32,000 nucleotides of DNA from Candidatus Nitrospira inopinata (lineage in GTDB: Bacteria; Nitrospirota; Nitrospiria; Nitrospirales; Nitrospiraceae): positions 270,001-302,000 of the forward strand of contig NZ_LN885086.1 of the NCBI RefSeq assembly GCF_001458695.1, written 5' to 3'. Each line of letters opens with the position of its first letter. Positions within the stretch are counted from its first letter, which is position 1. The translations under genes were made by a program, and so were the position numbers. Shown in pieces: positions 10,398 through 17,973 of the stretch. The notes beneath the pieces were generated by a model. It was not told the origin of the DNA. It saw only the letters and a program-made list of their open reading frames with translations, and did no database searches.

Positions 10398-10574
10398 ATT
10401 CTCGTTGTCAATGGGAATTTCAGAATGGAAACCCCTTGACATCACGTGCATTCTCAAACGGTTTCATATTCGTGCGAGGAGGCGGCACCCCTGGACCGCG
10501 GCGGCTTCTTCTTTTCCGCCTTCATACTTTCCCTCCTCCACACCAAATCAATTTGGCCGCTTCTCGACGTTTCG

Positions 10575-10603
10575 TTGACTTCCAAGGGATTGAGCCGGAG
10601 AAT
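10575..10603 (+). promoter_or_regulatory. Candidate sigma70-type promoter TTGACT-17-GAGAAT ending 6 nt before the ATG at 10610
   Basis: TTGACT at 10575-10580, a 17-nt spacer, GAGAAT at 10598-10603, then ATG at 10610. This overlaps a possible GGAG Shine-Dalgarno (10597-10600), so a leaderless and an SD-led reading compete. Confidence 0.3.
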
Positions 10604-10609
10604 GTTCTC

Positions 10610-11689
10610 ATGTTGCTCCCTCATCGACTCAGCAAGCACCCCTTTGTTATTTTTTCTCTTCTCGCCCTGTCCCTTGCCGCATTTTTGGGCTCAGGCCGAC
10701 CTGAGGCCAAAAACTTCAATCCGGACAATCCGATCAATCCCCCGGCACCCATTTATTGGTGCCCCGACAAGACTCGAGACCAGCAGATTTCAGCAAACCC
10801 CAAAGGCGGTTGTCAGCCGCTGTACAACAAGGGGGAAGATGAATCGCTTCGAGAGGAGGCGAAACGGTTGGGGTACGACCTCCCCGATCGAGCCCCCATT
10901 AAGATTGTCGATCTACAGAGCGCGACCACGCGGTTCTCGGATCGCTATCGACATTTCCTTGCCTGTTGCGTGACCGATGACGAGGCGCCCAGAGAGATCT
11001 TTCTTTTGATCGACGAAGCGAACCATATCCTCCACGCCGTACAGCACAACGGCATTTTTAACGCCGCCGGTTTCGGGGTCGGGTCCGGCAGCGATGGGCT
11101 CGGCGGCGGAGCGGGAGTGGCGCCGAAGCTGGGGACGTTCGCGCGGCAATTCACGTTGAGCGAAATCGTCGGCACGGTCGCACGCGCGCGTGAGGACTTG
11201 CTAAGTCTTCGGCAACGTCTGGACAGGCTCGGCGACTTGCGGCAAAACCTGGAGGATCAGGACTACGAAACGGCCGGACGGACGAGATTGCTTCTCCAAG
11301 AGGAAGAAGAAGCCATCCGAAGGGACTTCCGGGCCAAACGACCGCCGTCTTCGGCCCCCACCGGAATGGATATCCAAGACACGACCCTGCCGACCAGAAT
11401 CGGCGGCGACATCGAAGAGACGATGCTCAACTCTCACTTCGGCGCCGACATCGGCGCGGCCGTCTCTCCGTACAGCAACGTCAACGAATCACTTCGACCG
11501 AGGCGAGGGGACGCCGTGCATGACAGCCTTCTTCCCCACCGACCCGGCACGGAGATGGAAGATACCACCCTTTCCAACAGCACCGGCTTTGAAATCGACA
11601 AGACGCAAAACCGGGGCGGAACATCGACCATCCCGCTGCGCGGCGTCGGTCCCTCCATCGGGGACTCCGATCTCAACCGCCGTCGCTAG
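10610..11689 (+). CDS. Hypothetical secreted protein with a C-terminal degenerate acidic repeat region
   Basis: The in-frame ATG at 10610 yields a signal-peptide-like MLLPHRLSKHPFVIFSLLALSLAAFLGSGRPEA. The upstream part of the track ORF (from 10436) has no such logic. The C-terminus has repeated G-x-[DE]-[IM]-x-[DE]-T-x-L units (GMDIQDTTL, GGDIEETML, GTEMEDTTL, GFEIDKTQ). I recognise no family. Confidence 0.6.
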   Translation: MLLPHRLSKHPFVIFSLLALSLAAFLGSGRPEAKNFNPDNPINPPAPIYWCPDKTRDQQISANPKGGCQPLYNKGEDESLREEAKRLGYDLPDRAPIKIVDLQSATTRFSDRYRHFLACCVTDDEAPREIFLLIDEANHILHAVQHNGIFNAAGFGVGSGSDGLGGGAGVAPKLGTFARQFTLSEIVGTVARAREDLLSLRQRLDRLGDLRQNLEDQDYETAGRTRLLLQEEEEAIRRDFRAKRPPSSAPTGMDIQDTTLPTRIGGDIEETMLNSHFGADIGAAVSPYSNVNESLRPRRGDAVHDSLLPHRPGTEMEDTTLSNSTGFEIDKTQNRGGTSTIPLRGVGPSIGDSDLNRRR

Positions 11690-11696
11690 CGTCCAT

Positions 11697-12728
11697 TCAG
11701 CGCCGATCCGTCACCGCCGGCATGGCTTCCCAGGTTTCTCCGGCGTCGCGACTTCGATATAACCCGCTCCCGTTCGTGCCGGCGTAGAAGAGCCGAGGAT
11801 CCGTCTCGCTCTGAACCAACGATCGGACATTCATCGTGGCCAACCCCCGATTGATCGTCTTCCACGTGATCCCCCCGTCCTCGCTCCGATGGATCCCGTC
11901 GCGCCCGGCGAGATACACCGTGCCCCTCCGCACCCGGTCCACGACCATCGCCACGATCATCTGATCGGCCAGCGCTTCGCCGATCCTCTTCCACGACTTG
12001 GCCCCGTCCGTCGTTTTGTATAGCCCGGCCAGGGTCGCGGCATAGACGGTGTCCGGCTCGTAGGGATCGACTTGGACGGCGGTGACGTTCAACGCGCGAG
12101 ATGTCTTGAGCAAATTCGGCGGCACGAGGCCGTTATTCACCGGCTCCCAACGGCCGGCTTGATCGACGGACTTGTACACGCCGCCGCTCGTGCCGGCGTA
12201 CAGCACGGTTCGGCGCGTCGGATCCATTCCCAGCGCCGTCACCATCAGCACTTCTCTCATGCCCTCCATTTTTTTGACCCAATGTTCACCGCCGTTCTTC
12301 GTTTCAAACACACCCATGGTCGTGGCCGCGAAGAGATGTTGGCTGTCGGCCGGATCAAAGAGCAACTGGTTGACGACCGAGGTGATCGTGGCGTCATCCA
12401 ACCCCCTCCGCATGGAGGTCCACCGCTGGCCTCCGTCGTGACTTTTGTACACCGCGTCTCCCTTTGTTCCCGCGTACACCGTCGCCGGATAGACCGGATC
12501 GATGGCCAAAGCGATGACGCGCGAATGACTCATCCCTCGGGACAGATTGGCCCACGTTTGGCCTCCGTCCCGCGTCTTGTAAATGTAATCGTTCGTCGCC
12601 ACGTAGAGGATATCCGGATTGGCGGGATGAGGCTGAATCACGACGATCGCGTCGCTGCGACTACAACCCCCGCTCAGGGCCGCGCACGCCAAGAGCAGGA
12701 CGCCGACCACACCCCCGACTCTCTTCAT
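11697..12728 (-). CDS. BNR/Asp-box repeat beta-propeller lipoprotein (Ycf48/sialidase-like fold)
   Basis: Seven Asp-box-like repeats: TRDGGQTW, SHDGGQRW, TKNGGEHW, SVDQAGRW, TTDGAKSW, SEDGGITW, SRDAGETW. The N-terminus MKRVGGVVGVLLLACAALSGGC has lipoprotein-signal character. ATG at 12728 is preferred over the TTG at 12740. Confidence 0.8.
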   Translation of the reverse strand: MKRVGGVVGVLLLACAALSGGCSRSDAIVVIQPHPANPDILYVATNDYIYKTRDGGQTWANLSRGMSHSRVIALAIDPVYPATVYAGTKGDAVYKSHDGGQRWTSMRRGLDDATITSVVNQLLFDPADSQHLFAATTMGVFETKNGGEHWVKKMEGMREVLMVTALGMDPTRRTVLYAGTSGGVYKSVDQAGRWEPVNNGLVPPNLLKTSRALNVTAVQVDPYEPDTVYAATLAGLYKTTDGAKSWKRIGEALADQMIVAMVVDRVRRGTVYLAGRDGIHRSEDGGITWKTINRGLATMNVRSLVQSETDPRLFYAGTNGSGLYRSRDAGETWEAMPAVTDRR

Positions 12729-12788
12729 GGAAGAAGACAAAGAACGATGCGTCCTCTCACGGAGACGGGCCGTTTCCGCCTCCGGACT

Positions 12789-13286
12789 TTAACGATAATT
12801 GGTGAACTGCAAATCGATGCCGAAATCTTTGCCCTTGAGAAAAGCGATGGTCGCCTGCAACTCGTCCTTGCTCTTCCCCAACACCCGCACCTGGTCGCCT
12901 TGAATCTGCGCCTGCACCTTCAACTTTGAATCCTTGATCGCCTTGACGATCTCTTTGGCCTTTTCCGCCGCCAATCCGCTTTGAATTTTCGCGGTTTGCC
13001 GGACCGTCCCACCCAGCGCCGGCTCCACGGTTCCGTAGTCGAAGGCTTTGAGCGACACGCCACGCTTGACGCACTTGGTTTTGATGACATCCTGCACCGC
13101 TTTCAGCTTGTAGTCGTCGTCCGACACCACGACCAGTTCCTTTTCTTTTTCCTTCAAGGTGATCTCCGTCTTCGTGTCCTTGAAGTCGAACCGTTGTTTG
13201 ATCTCCTTGTTCGCCTGATCCAGCGCGTTCTTCAGCTCCTGCATATTCACTTCCGACACCACGTCGAATGAGTACTGTTCAGCCAC
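12789..13286 (-). CDS. yajQ: YajQ-family (UPF0234) nucleotide / c-di-GMP-binding protein
   Basis: It is colinear with E. coli YajQ as I recall it, e.g. [32 protein letters not shown] and [28 protein letters not shown]. The GTG at 13286 is preceded by GGAGGAG at 5-nt spacing. The 44-codon extension in the track ORF looks spurious. Confidence 0.88.
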   Translation of the reverse strand: MAEQYSFDVVSEVNMQELKNALDQANKEIKQRFDFKDTKTEITLKEKEKELVVVSDDDYKLKAVQDVIKTKCVKRGVSLKAFDYGTVEPALGGTVRQTAKIQSGLAAEKAKEIVKAIKDSKLKVQAQIQGDQVRVLGKSKDELQATIAFLKGKDFGIDLQFTNYR

Positions 13287-13424
13287 GATCTCCTCCTCTC
13301 TTCCGTTTATCCTGGCGAGGCGGCTCCCTTGACACTCGTTTCTTGGAGGAGCGCCGCGAGAGGCGGACGGGCATCGAGAGAAAGAGCGCAACGCCCTCCC
13401 GGATGGAAGAACGGGCAAGCCCGC

Positions 13425-15440
13425 TCAGCAACAGCCTGACCCATGCGGCAGTGTGAATCTCCCCGCCGAATCATGATCATCCGCGCTCGCGGCCGTCCTG
13501 GTCCGCCCTACCGACCCTCCCCCCGCCGTGATGATCACCTCGCTTGACACGAACGGCTTCTTCAAAACTACATAGCCGTACCATTGCTTCAGGCCGTCGC
13601 TCAAGACGATCGCTCCCAACAGCGCCACCACCCCCACCAGCGCGGCGTCCAGGTACAACGCAAACGCCTGCCCCGCCCCGGCCGCCGACGCCTTCCCAAG
13701 GAACAGCCAAAACATCTCATAGGACCCGCTCAACGTAATCACCCCCACAAAGAGCATGGGCAGCGCCGTCACCCACAGATACGACGACTTCCACATCTTA
13801 ATCAGCACCGTCGTCCCGATACAGAGGGCCAACATGCCCAGCAATTGATTGGCCGCGCCGAACATCGGCCAAATGGTCGAGATACTGCCCGTCCCGATCA
13901 GATAGGCCCACGCTCCCACCACCGCCCCGCTGCTGATCACCACGCCAGGCCACCAATTCATCCGGCGAAACGGCGCATAGATGCGCCCGGTCATTTCCTG
14001 GATCAAATAGCGAGCCACGCGGGTTCCCGTGTCGATCGTCGTCAGGATGAACAAGGCCTCGAACACCAAGGCGAATTGATACCAATAGGCCATCAACCCG
14101 GCCATCCCCGGCAACGCGGTAAAGATCGAGGCCATGCCGACAGCGAGAGACACCGCGCCACCCGGCCGACCGGCTACGTCCACTTCAACCAGTTGCGACA
14201 GCTCGGCGATCCGAGCGGGGGCGAAGCCCATGGCGGCCAAGGCTTCGTTGCTCAATGTCGTGTTGATCGCCAGATAGTCTCCGGGAATCAACACCGACGC
14301 CGCGATCAACGCCATCACGCCGACGAAACTTTCCAAGAGCATGGCGGCATAGCCCACCACCGCCTGCGATTCCCGCTCGATCATCTTGGGCGTCGTGCCC
14401 GACGACACCAACGAATGAAACCCCGAGATCGCCCCGCAGGCGATCGTGATGAACAGAAAGGGAAAGAGTGTCCCGGGAATGATCGGCCCGCCGCCCGCCG
14501 CAAACTGAGTCACGCGCGGCATCTCGATGGTCGGAGCCATGAGGATGACCCCCAGGCCGAGCAGCACGACCACGCCCAATTTCATGAACGTCGAAAGATA
14601 GCCGCGCGGAACCAACAACATCCAGCCGGGCAACACCGACGCCAAAAAACCGTAACCGGCCAACAACCACACCAGCGCCGGTCGGTCAAACTCAAACAGC
14701 CAGGCATAGGGAGACTGGGCGACGACCCGGCCGAACAACACCGCCGCGATGAGCAACAGCACGCCGATCAACGAGACCTCCCCCACCGCTCCGGGACGGA
14801 ATTTCTGGAGATAGAACCCCATCATGAGCCCGATGGGAATCGTCATCGCGATCGTGAAGGTGCCCCAGGCATTGTGGTAGAGCGCGTTCACCACCGCGAA
14901 TCCCAGTCCCGCCAGCGCCACCACCACGATAAACAGCACCGCCACGGCCGTCGCCGTCCCCGTGACCGAACCAAGCTCGTCGTGGGCGATTTCCGGGAGC
15001 GATCGCCCGTTGCGCCTCATCGACGCGACCAAAATGATGAAATCCTGCACCGCGCCGGCCAGCACCGCGCCGATGACGAGCCACAGAAACCCCGGCAGAA
15101 ATCCGAATTGCGCCGCCAACACGGGGCCGAGCAACGGCCCAGCCCCCGCGATCGCCGCAAAGTGATGGCCGAAGAGCACCGCTCCGTTGGTGGGATGAAA
15201 ATTGACGCCGTCGTTCAGCCGCACCGCCGGCGTCACGTGCCGATCGTTCAACTCCACGACCCGGCTTGCCAGCCAGCGACCATAAAATCGATAGGCGAGC
15301 ACATAGATGCAGGCCGCGGCCACGACCAGCCAGAGGCCGTTGACTTTTTCACCTGGATGGACGATTCCCGTTACAAAAGCCAAGGCCGCCGCGCCGACGG
15401 TCGCAAGCACGACCCAAAGGAGATTCATTGCCGCGTTCAT
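13425..15440 (-). CDS. cstA: CstA-family carbon starvation protein (peptide/pyruvate transporter family)
   Basis: Its N-terminus is colinear with E. coli CstA: MN...LWVVLATVGAAALAF...NGLWLVVAAACIYVLAYRFYGRWLA...VTPAVRLNDGVNFHPT...FGHHFAAIAGAGPLLGPVLAAQFG. Candidate starts are 15449, 15440 and 15428. The start at 15551 adds a non-homologous extension. Confidence 0.9.
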   Translation of the reverse strand: MNAAMNLLWVVLATVGAAALAFVTGIVHPGEKVNGLWLVVAAACIYVLAYRFYGRWLASRVVELNDRHVTPAVRLNDGVNFHPTNGAVLFGHHFAAIAGAGPLLGPVLAAQFGFLPGFLWLVIGAVLAGAVQDFIILVASMRRNGRSLPEIAHDELGSVTGTATAVAVLFIVVVALAGLGFAVVNALYHNAWGTFTIAMTIPIGLMMGFYLQKFRPGAVGEVSLIGVLLLIAAVLFGRVVAQSPYAWLFEFDRPALVWLLAGYGFLASVLPGWMLLVPRGYLSTFMKLGVVVLLGLGVILMAPTIEMPRVTQFAAGGGPIIPGTLFPFLFITIACGAISGFHSLVSSGTTPKMIERESQAVVGYAAMLLESFVGVMALIAASVLIPGDYLAINTTLSNEALAAMGFAPARIAELSQLVEVDVAGRPGGAVSLAVGMASIFTALPGMAGLMAYWYQFALVFEALFILTTIDTGTRVARYLIQEMTGRIYAPFRRMNWWPGVVISSGAVVGAWAYLIGTGSISTIWPMFGAANQLLGMLALCIGTTVLIKMWKSSYLWVTALPMLFVGVITLSGSYEMFWLFLGKASAAGAGQAFALYLDAALVGVVALLGAIVLSDGLKQWYGYVVLKKPFVSSEVIITAGGGSVGRTRTAASADDHDSAGRFTLPHGSGCC

Positions 15441-15661
15441 GCGCGGCATCCTATCACAAGTCGACCGGACGACACCCCGCTCATCTCTTCTGTTCGGCAC
15501 GCACGGAGCCTCCGGCAGACCCATGTCCGACGACACGACATCGGATTGCATCAGGAGGACGAGGCGGAAATTATCGGCAGCCGCTTACCTTCCGGGATCA
15601 ATGAATCGGCGGGGCCTGCTCGCACGTTGGTGGGGTTGTCGGGTCAGACGCCGACCCGTGC

Positions 15662-15705
15662 GGAAAAGACGATGCGGGGAGAGTTCGATCCTCTCCCCTC
15701 GCATC
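15662..15705 (-). terminator. Intrinsic terminator (13-bp GC-rich stem with a 2-nt bulge, 7-nt loop, then TCTTTT on the minus strand)
   Basis: 15676-15683 GGGGAGAG pairs with 15691-15698 CTCTCCCC, and 15671-15675 pairs with 15701-15705. The minus-strand downstream sequence is GTCTTTTCC. It lies 24 nt after the stop of the 15729..15902 micro-ORF. Confidence 0.55.
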
Positions 15706-15728
15706 GACCGACTGGTGACACGAGAAAT

Positions 15729-15902
15729 TCACGCCGCTTTGGGAAGCGATTCGGGGTCCATTTGATGCGATTGGATCCGAGCCGGCGGCTCGGAGACGGA
15801 CAGGGCGTCGGGCTCGACGGACAAGGTTGAGAGTCCCATCGCGAGCACCGCAATCGCTCCCGTGACCACCAGTCCGGCATCAATGACCGAACTCCAATCC
15901 AT
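15729..15902 (-). CDS. Candidate 57-aa small membrane protein (below the ORF-track length cutoff)
   Basis: My own translation is MDWSSVIDAGLVVTGAIAVLAMGLSTLSVEPDALSVSEPPARIQSHQMDPESLPKAA. It has one hydrophobic helix, and its third-position GC is high like the real genes. AAAGGAGGTGA lies upstream, although the spacing is about 11-12 nt. An intrinsic terminator follows directly. Confidence 0.35.
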   Translation of the reverse strand: MDWSSVIDAGLVVTGAIAVLAMGLSTLSVEPDALSVSEPPARIQSHQMDPESLPKAA

Positions 15903-15949
15903 CCTGCCGGTTCACCTCCTTTCTCAAAAGAAGAAGTCGACTTGCCGAA

Positions 15950-16159
15950 CTAAAACAAGCCGAGCGACAGCGAAGACGAATCATTGTTCACCGCACACTC
16001 CGCGGCGGAAGCCCCGGAGCGCTCGCTCCTTTTCCGCCACAGGCCGCTGACTTTGCTCCAGACACTCGATCCCCGTCGTCCGCCGGCCTGTTCGGATTGT
16101 TCCGATTCTTTGCTGCCGTTCTCTTTTCGCCATCGTCGCCACAGTGCGTCGTATCTCAT
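15950..16159 (-). CDS. Candidate 69-aa basic, Trp-containing small protein (very tentative)
   Basis: The ATG at 16159 is preceded by GGGAGGG at 6-nt spacing. It has the same orientation as hsp20 and the downstream micro-ORF. I recognise no homology. Confidence 0.2.
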   Translation of the reverse strand: MRYDALWRRWRKENGSKESEQSEQAGGRRGSSVWSKVSGLWRKRSERSGASAAECAVNNDSSSLSLGLF

Positions 16160-16241
16160 CCGCGTCCCTCCCTGTTCTTTGTTACATGATCGAGTTGAGT
16201 CGCCTTCCGGACTCTTCTTTCAGGCGACCGCCGCCCACGCG

Positions 16242-16271
16242 GGCCTCGCCGCGGAAAACATCGGCGAGGCC
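16242..16271 (-). other. Perfect 10-bp GC hairpin (GGCCTCGCCG-N10-CGGCGAGGCC) 30 nt downstream of the hsp20 stop
   Basis: The inverted repeat is read directly from the sequence. There is no U-tract on either strand, so it is at best a partial terminator or an mRNA-stabilising or processing hairpin. Confidence 0.3.
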
Positions 16272-16300
16272 TTCGCATCCATGTCAGCAACCGGGCCCCG

Positions 16301-16738
16301 TTACGAACCTTGAATCAGAATCTGCCGAGGCTTCGCCTCTTCCTTCTTGGGGAAGGTCACGGTCAACAGACCATGTTTGTGCGTCGCGGAAGCCTTGTCC
16401 TGATCGACAAAACCCGGCAGCTTGAAGAGCCGCGCGAACCGCCCATCCGCGATCTCGCGCAGGTGATACGCCCGCGCATCCGACGGCTGCGCGTTCCGCT
16501 CGCCCTTGATGGTGAGAACCTGGTTGTTCATTTCCAACGTAATGTCCTTGGGCTCCCACCCCGGCAACGCCATCTGGATGTAAAAGCCGTTGTCGTCCTC
16601 CCACACGTTGCAATCGGGAGCCCATAGACCGTCGGACGCGCCGAATGCACGCATCGCTTCGTTGAAGAGCTGATCGATCTGTCGGTCGAATTCATCGGTT
16701 CGCGCGGAAGAAATCACGCTTGGAAGATAGCTGTTCAT
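16301..16738 (-). CDS. Hsp20/alpha-crystallin family small heat-shock protein
   Basis: Alpha-crystallin domain: WAPDCNVWEDDNGFYIQMALPGWEPKDITLEMNNQVLTIKGER...FARLFKLPGFVDQDKASATHKHGLLTVTFPKKEE. The ATG at 16738 is preceded by AAAGGAGGG. The 23-codon extension in the track ORF is unlikely. Confidence 0.9.
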   Translation of the reverse strand: MNSYLPSVISSARTDEFDRQIDQLFNEAMRAFGASDGLWAPDCNVWEDDNGFYIQMALPGWEPKDITLEMNNQVLTIKGERNAQPSDARAYHLREIADGRFARLFKLPGFVDQDKASATHKHGLLTVTFPKKEEAKPRQILIQGS

Positions 16739-16949
16739 TTTGAACCCTCCTTTTATCCAAAAAACCTTGATTGAGTCGATCGGTGGAAACGAGGAAGGTC
16801 GGCCCAAACGGGGAGGTACTACGCTGCCGCCGCTACTCCGCCGGTGTCGGGCGCTCCTCGCTCCACCTCGTCAAGTATCAGCAACGGCTCTCAGATAATT
16901 TCCGGGTTCTGAAAGTCAAGAGGAACTTCGGCGCGGCGGCAAGGAACGT

Positions 16950-17960
16950 TCATCCGGGGGAGCCCACGTTCCCTACTTCTCCGTGGACTTTTTTCTTTCC
17001 CATGACCGCCAGGCAGAGAAGGCCGATGCCGATCCAAACCAGCTCGCGGAATCGCCGCAACAGCGCGAAGGTCAAACCGGTCACCTCGCCGTAGCCGAAC
17101 GCCTTCAGCAACAGCACGTTTCCTCCGTCCTGGGCGCCCAAACTTCCGGGGATAAAAAAAGACCCCCCTTTGATGAAAACGGCGAGCGCGCCGATGGAAA
17201 ACGCCGACAGAATGGTGGTTGGGCCTCCCAAATAGTGCAGAATGACCAGGACTTCCAATGATTCAGCCATCCAGCCGAAAAAATACACGCCGATCGAGAG
17301 ATAGAACACCCGTTGGTGATGGCGGTAGAAATGCAGAATGGTCCGGTCGATGGAGTGCAAATGCTCTTCCTGCGATTCCAGAAACGCGCTTCGCACTCGC
17401 AACGCCCTGGCGACCCCCAAAATCGACGCAAAGAGGCCGCGGCGCTGCACGAAGACGAAACCCGCGATCGAACAGACCAGCACGCCGACGCTCAGCAACG
17501 CTGCCGTCACCGTATAGCCGGCCGAATCTCCCGCGCCCAGCAGCAGAAATCCGAGCGCGATGCCCGTTAAAATGTAGCAGACCTCGGCGATCGTCATGGT
17601 CGTCTTGGCGATCACCACGGAAGCGGCTCCCTCCGCCACCGGCACGTTGTATTTGTTGAGGAGATAGGCCTTGATCGGCTCGCCGCCCAAATAGGCCGTC
17701 GGAGTCGTCATGTTCACGACTTCCCCCGCCGTTCTGATCGCCAGCAGCCGCCAAAACGGCACCGCTCGCCCCGCAGGCCCCAGCACGACTCTCCAGCCGT
17801 AGGCCTCGACCGCGTACATAATGAAAGAGGGAAGGAGGATGACCGCGAGGACCGAGGGGCCGAGCTTGGCGACGGCCTCGTAAATATTCAGGGGACCGAT
17901 GTGCCAAATGAGAAAACCGAGGACGGCGAGACCGAGCGCCAATAAGAAATAGCGAAGCAC
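16950..17960 (-). CDS. Flippase-like polytopic membrane protein of the lysyl-phosphatidylglycerol-synthase TM-region family (MprF N-terminal-like, UPF0104/TIGR00374-like)
   Basis: 336-aa polytopic protein whose pattern matches that family as I recall it: ...YGWRVVLGP...VPFWRLLAIRTAGEVVNMTTPTAYLGGEPIKAYLLNKYNVPVAEGAASVVIAKTTMTIAE... It starts 13 nt after the stop of the CDP-alcohol transferase fusion and is the last gene of the operon. Confidence 0.7.
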   Translation of the reverse strand: MLRYFLLALGLAVLGFLIWHIGPLNIYEAVAKLGPSVLAVILLPSFIMYAVEAYGWRVVLGPAGRAVPFWRLLAIRTAGEVVNMTTPTAYLGGEPIKAYLLNKYNVPVAEGAASVVIAKTTMTIAEVCYILTGIALGFLLLGAGDSAGYTVTAALLSVGVLVCSIAGFVFVQRRGLFASILGVARALRVRSAFLESQEEHLHSIDRTILHFYRHHQRVFYLSIGVYFFGWMAESLEVLVILHYLGGPTTILSAFSIGALAVFIKGGSFFIPGSLGAQDGGNVLLLKAFGYGEVTGLTFALLRRFRELVWIGIGLLCLAVMGKKKVHGEVGNVGSPG

Positions 17961-17973
17961 GCGGGGCTCACGC

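Noticed and set aside
10454-10639. Possibility that mraZ is hidden in the rsmH upstream region (61-aa minus-strand ORF).
   Set aside because: The translation (MLAESMREQHENILRLNPLEV...) has no MraZ features such as duplicated DxxxR/SpoVT-AbrB-like halves. The space is too short for a ~150-aa MraZ. The ORF overlaps the start of the divergent gene.
13287-13560. A YbdD/YjiX-like small partner gene of cstA. The CstA ORF ends in ...GSGCC, reminiscent of the C-terminal Cys-Cys of that family.
   Set aside because: I translated all three minus-strand frames of the cstA 3' end and the 138-nt cstA-yajQ spacer. No PDYDxY...RCC-type sequence appears, and the terminal CC alone is not evidence.
15679-15703. 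tRNA-like T-arm on the plus strand: GAGAG-TTCGATC-CTCTC followed by a 7-nt acceptor-like segment. This suggested a tRNA gene, a tmRNA 3' end or an integration-site remnant.
   Set aside because: The expected complementary acceptor 5' strand (GCGAGGG) is not present upstream, and no anticodon or D arm can be built in the preceding ~75 nt. On the minus strand the same hairpin is followed by TCTTTT and sits 24 nt after an ORF stop. An intrinsic terminator explains it fully.
13584-15830. Very long antisense ORFs throughout the window. Examples: 13584-15830 (+, 748 aa), 20330-22684 (+, 784 aa), 27106-29118 (-, 670 aa), 25851-27341 (-, 496 aa), 23258-24367 (-), 1614-3272 (+), 4388-5899 (+), 18337-19554 (+), 7778-8803 (+).
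   Set aside because: Each lies opposite a gene with clear family signatures (cstA, the phosphonate genes, the RND pump and adaptor, pepM, mur genes, ftsI). Their translations are Arg/Pro/Gly/His-rich and low in complexity, with no recognisable motifs. This is the usual stop-codon-poor shadow frame of GC-rich DNA.
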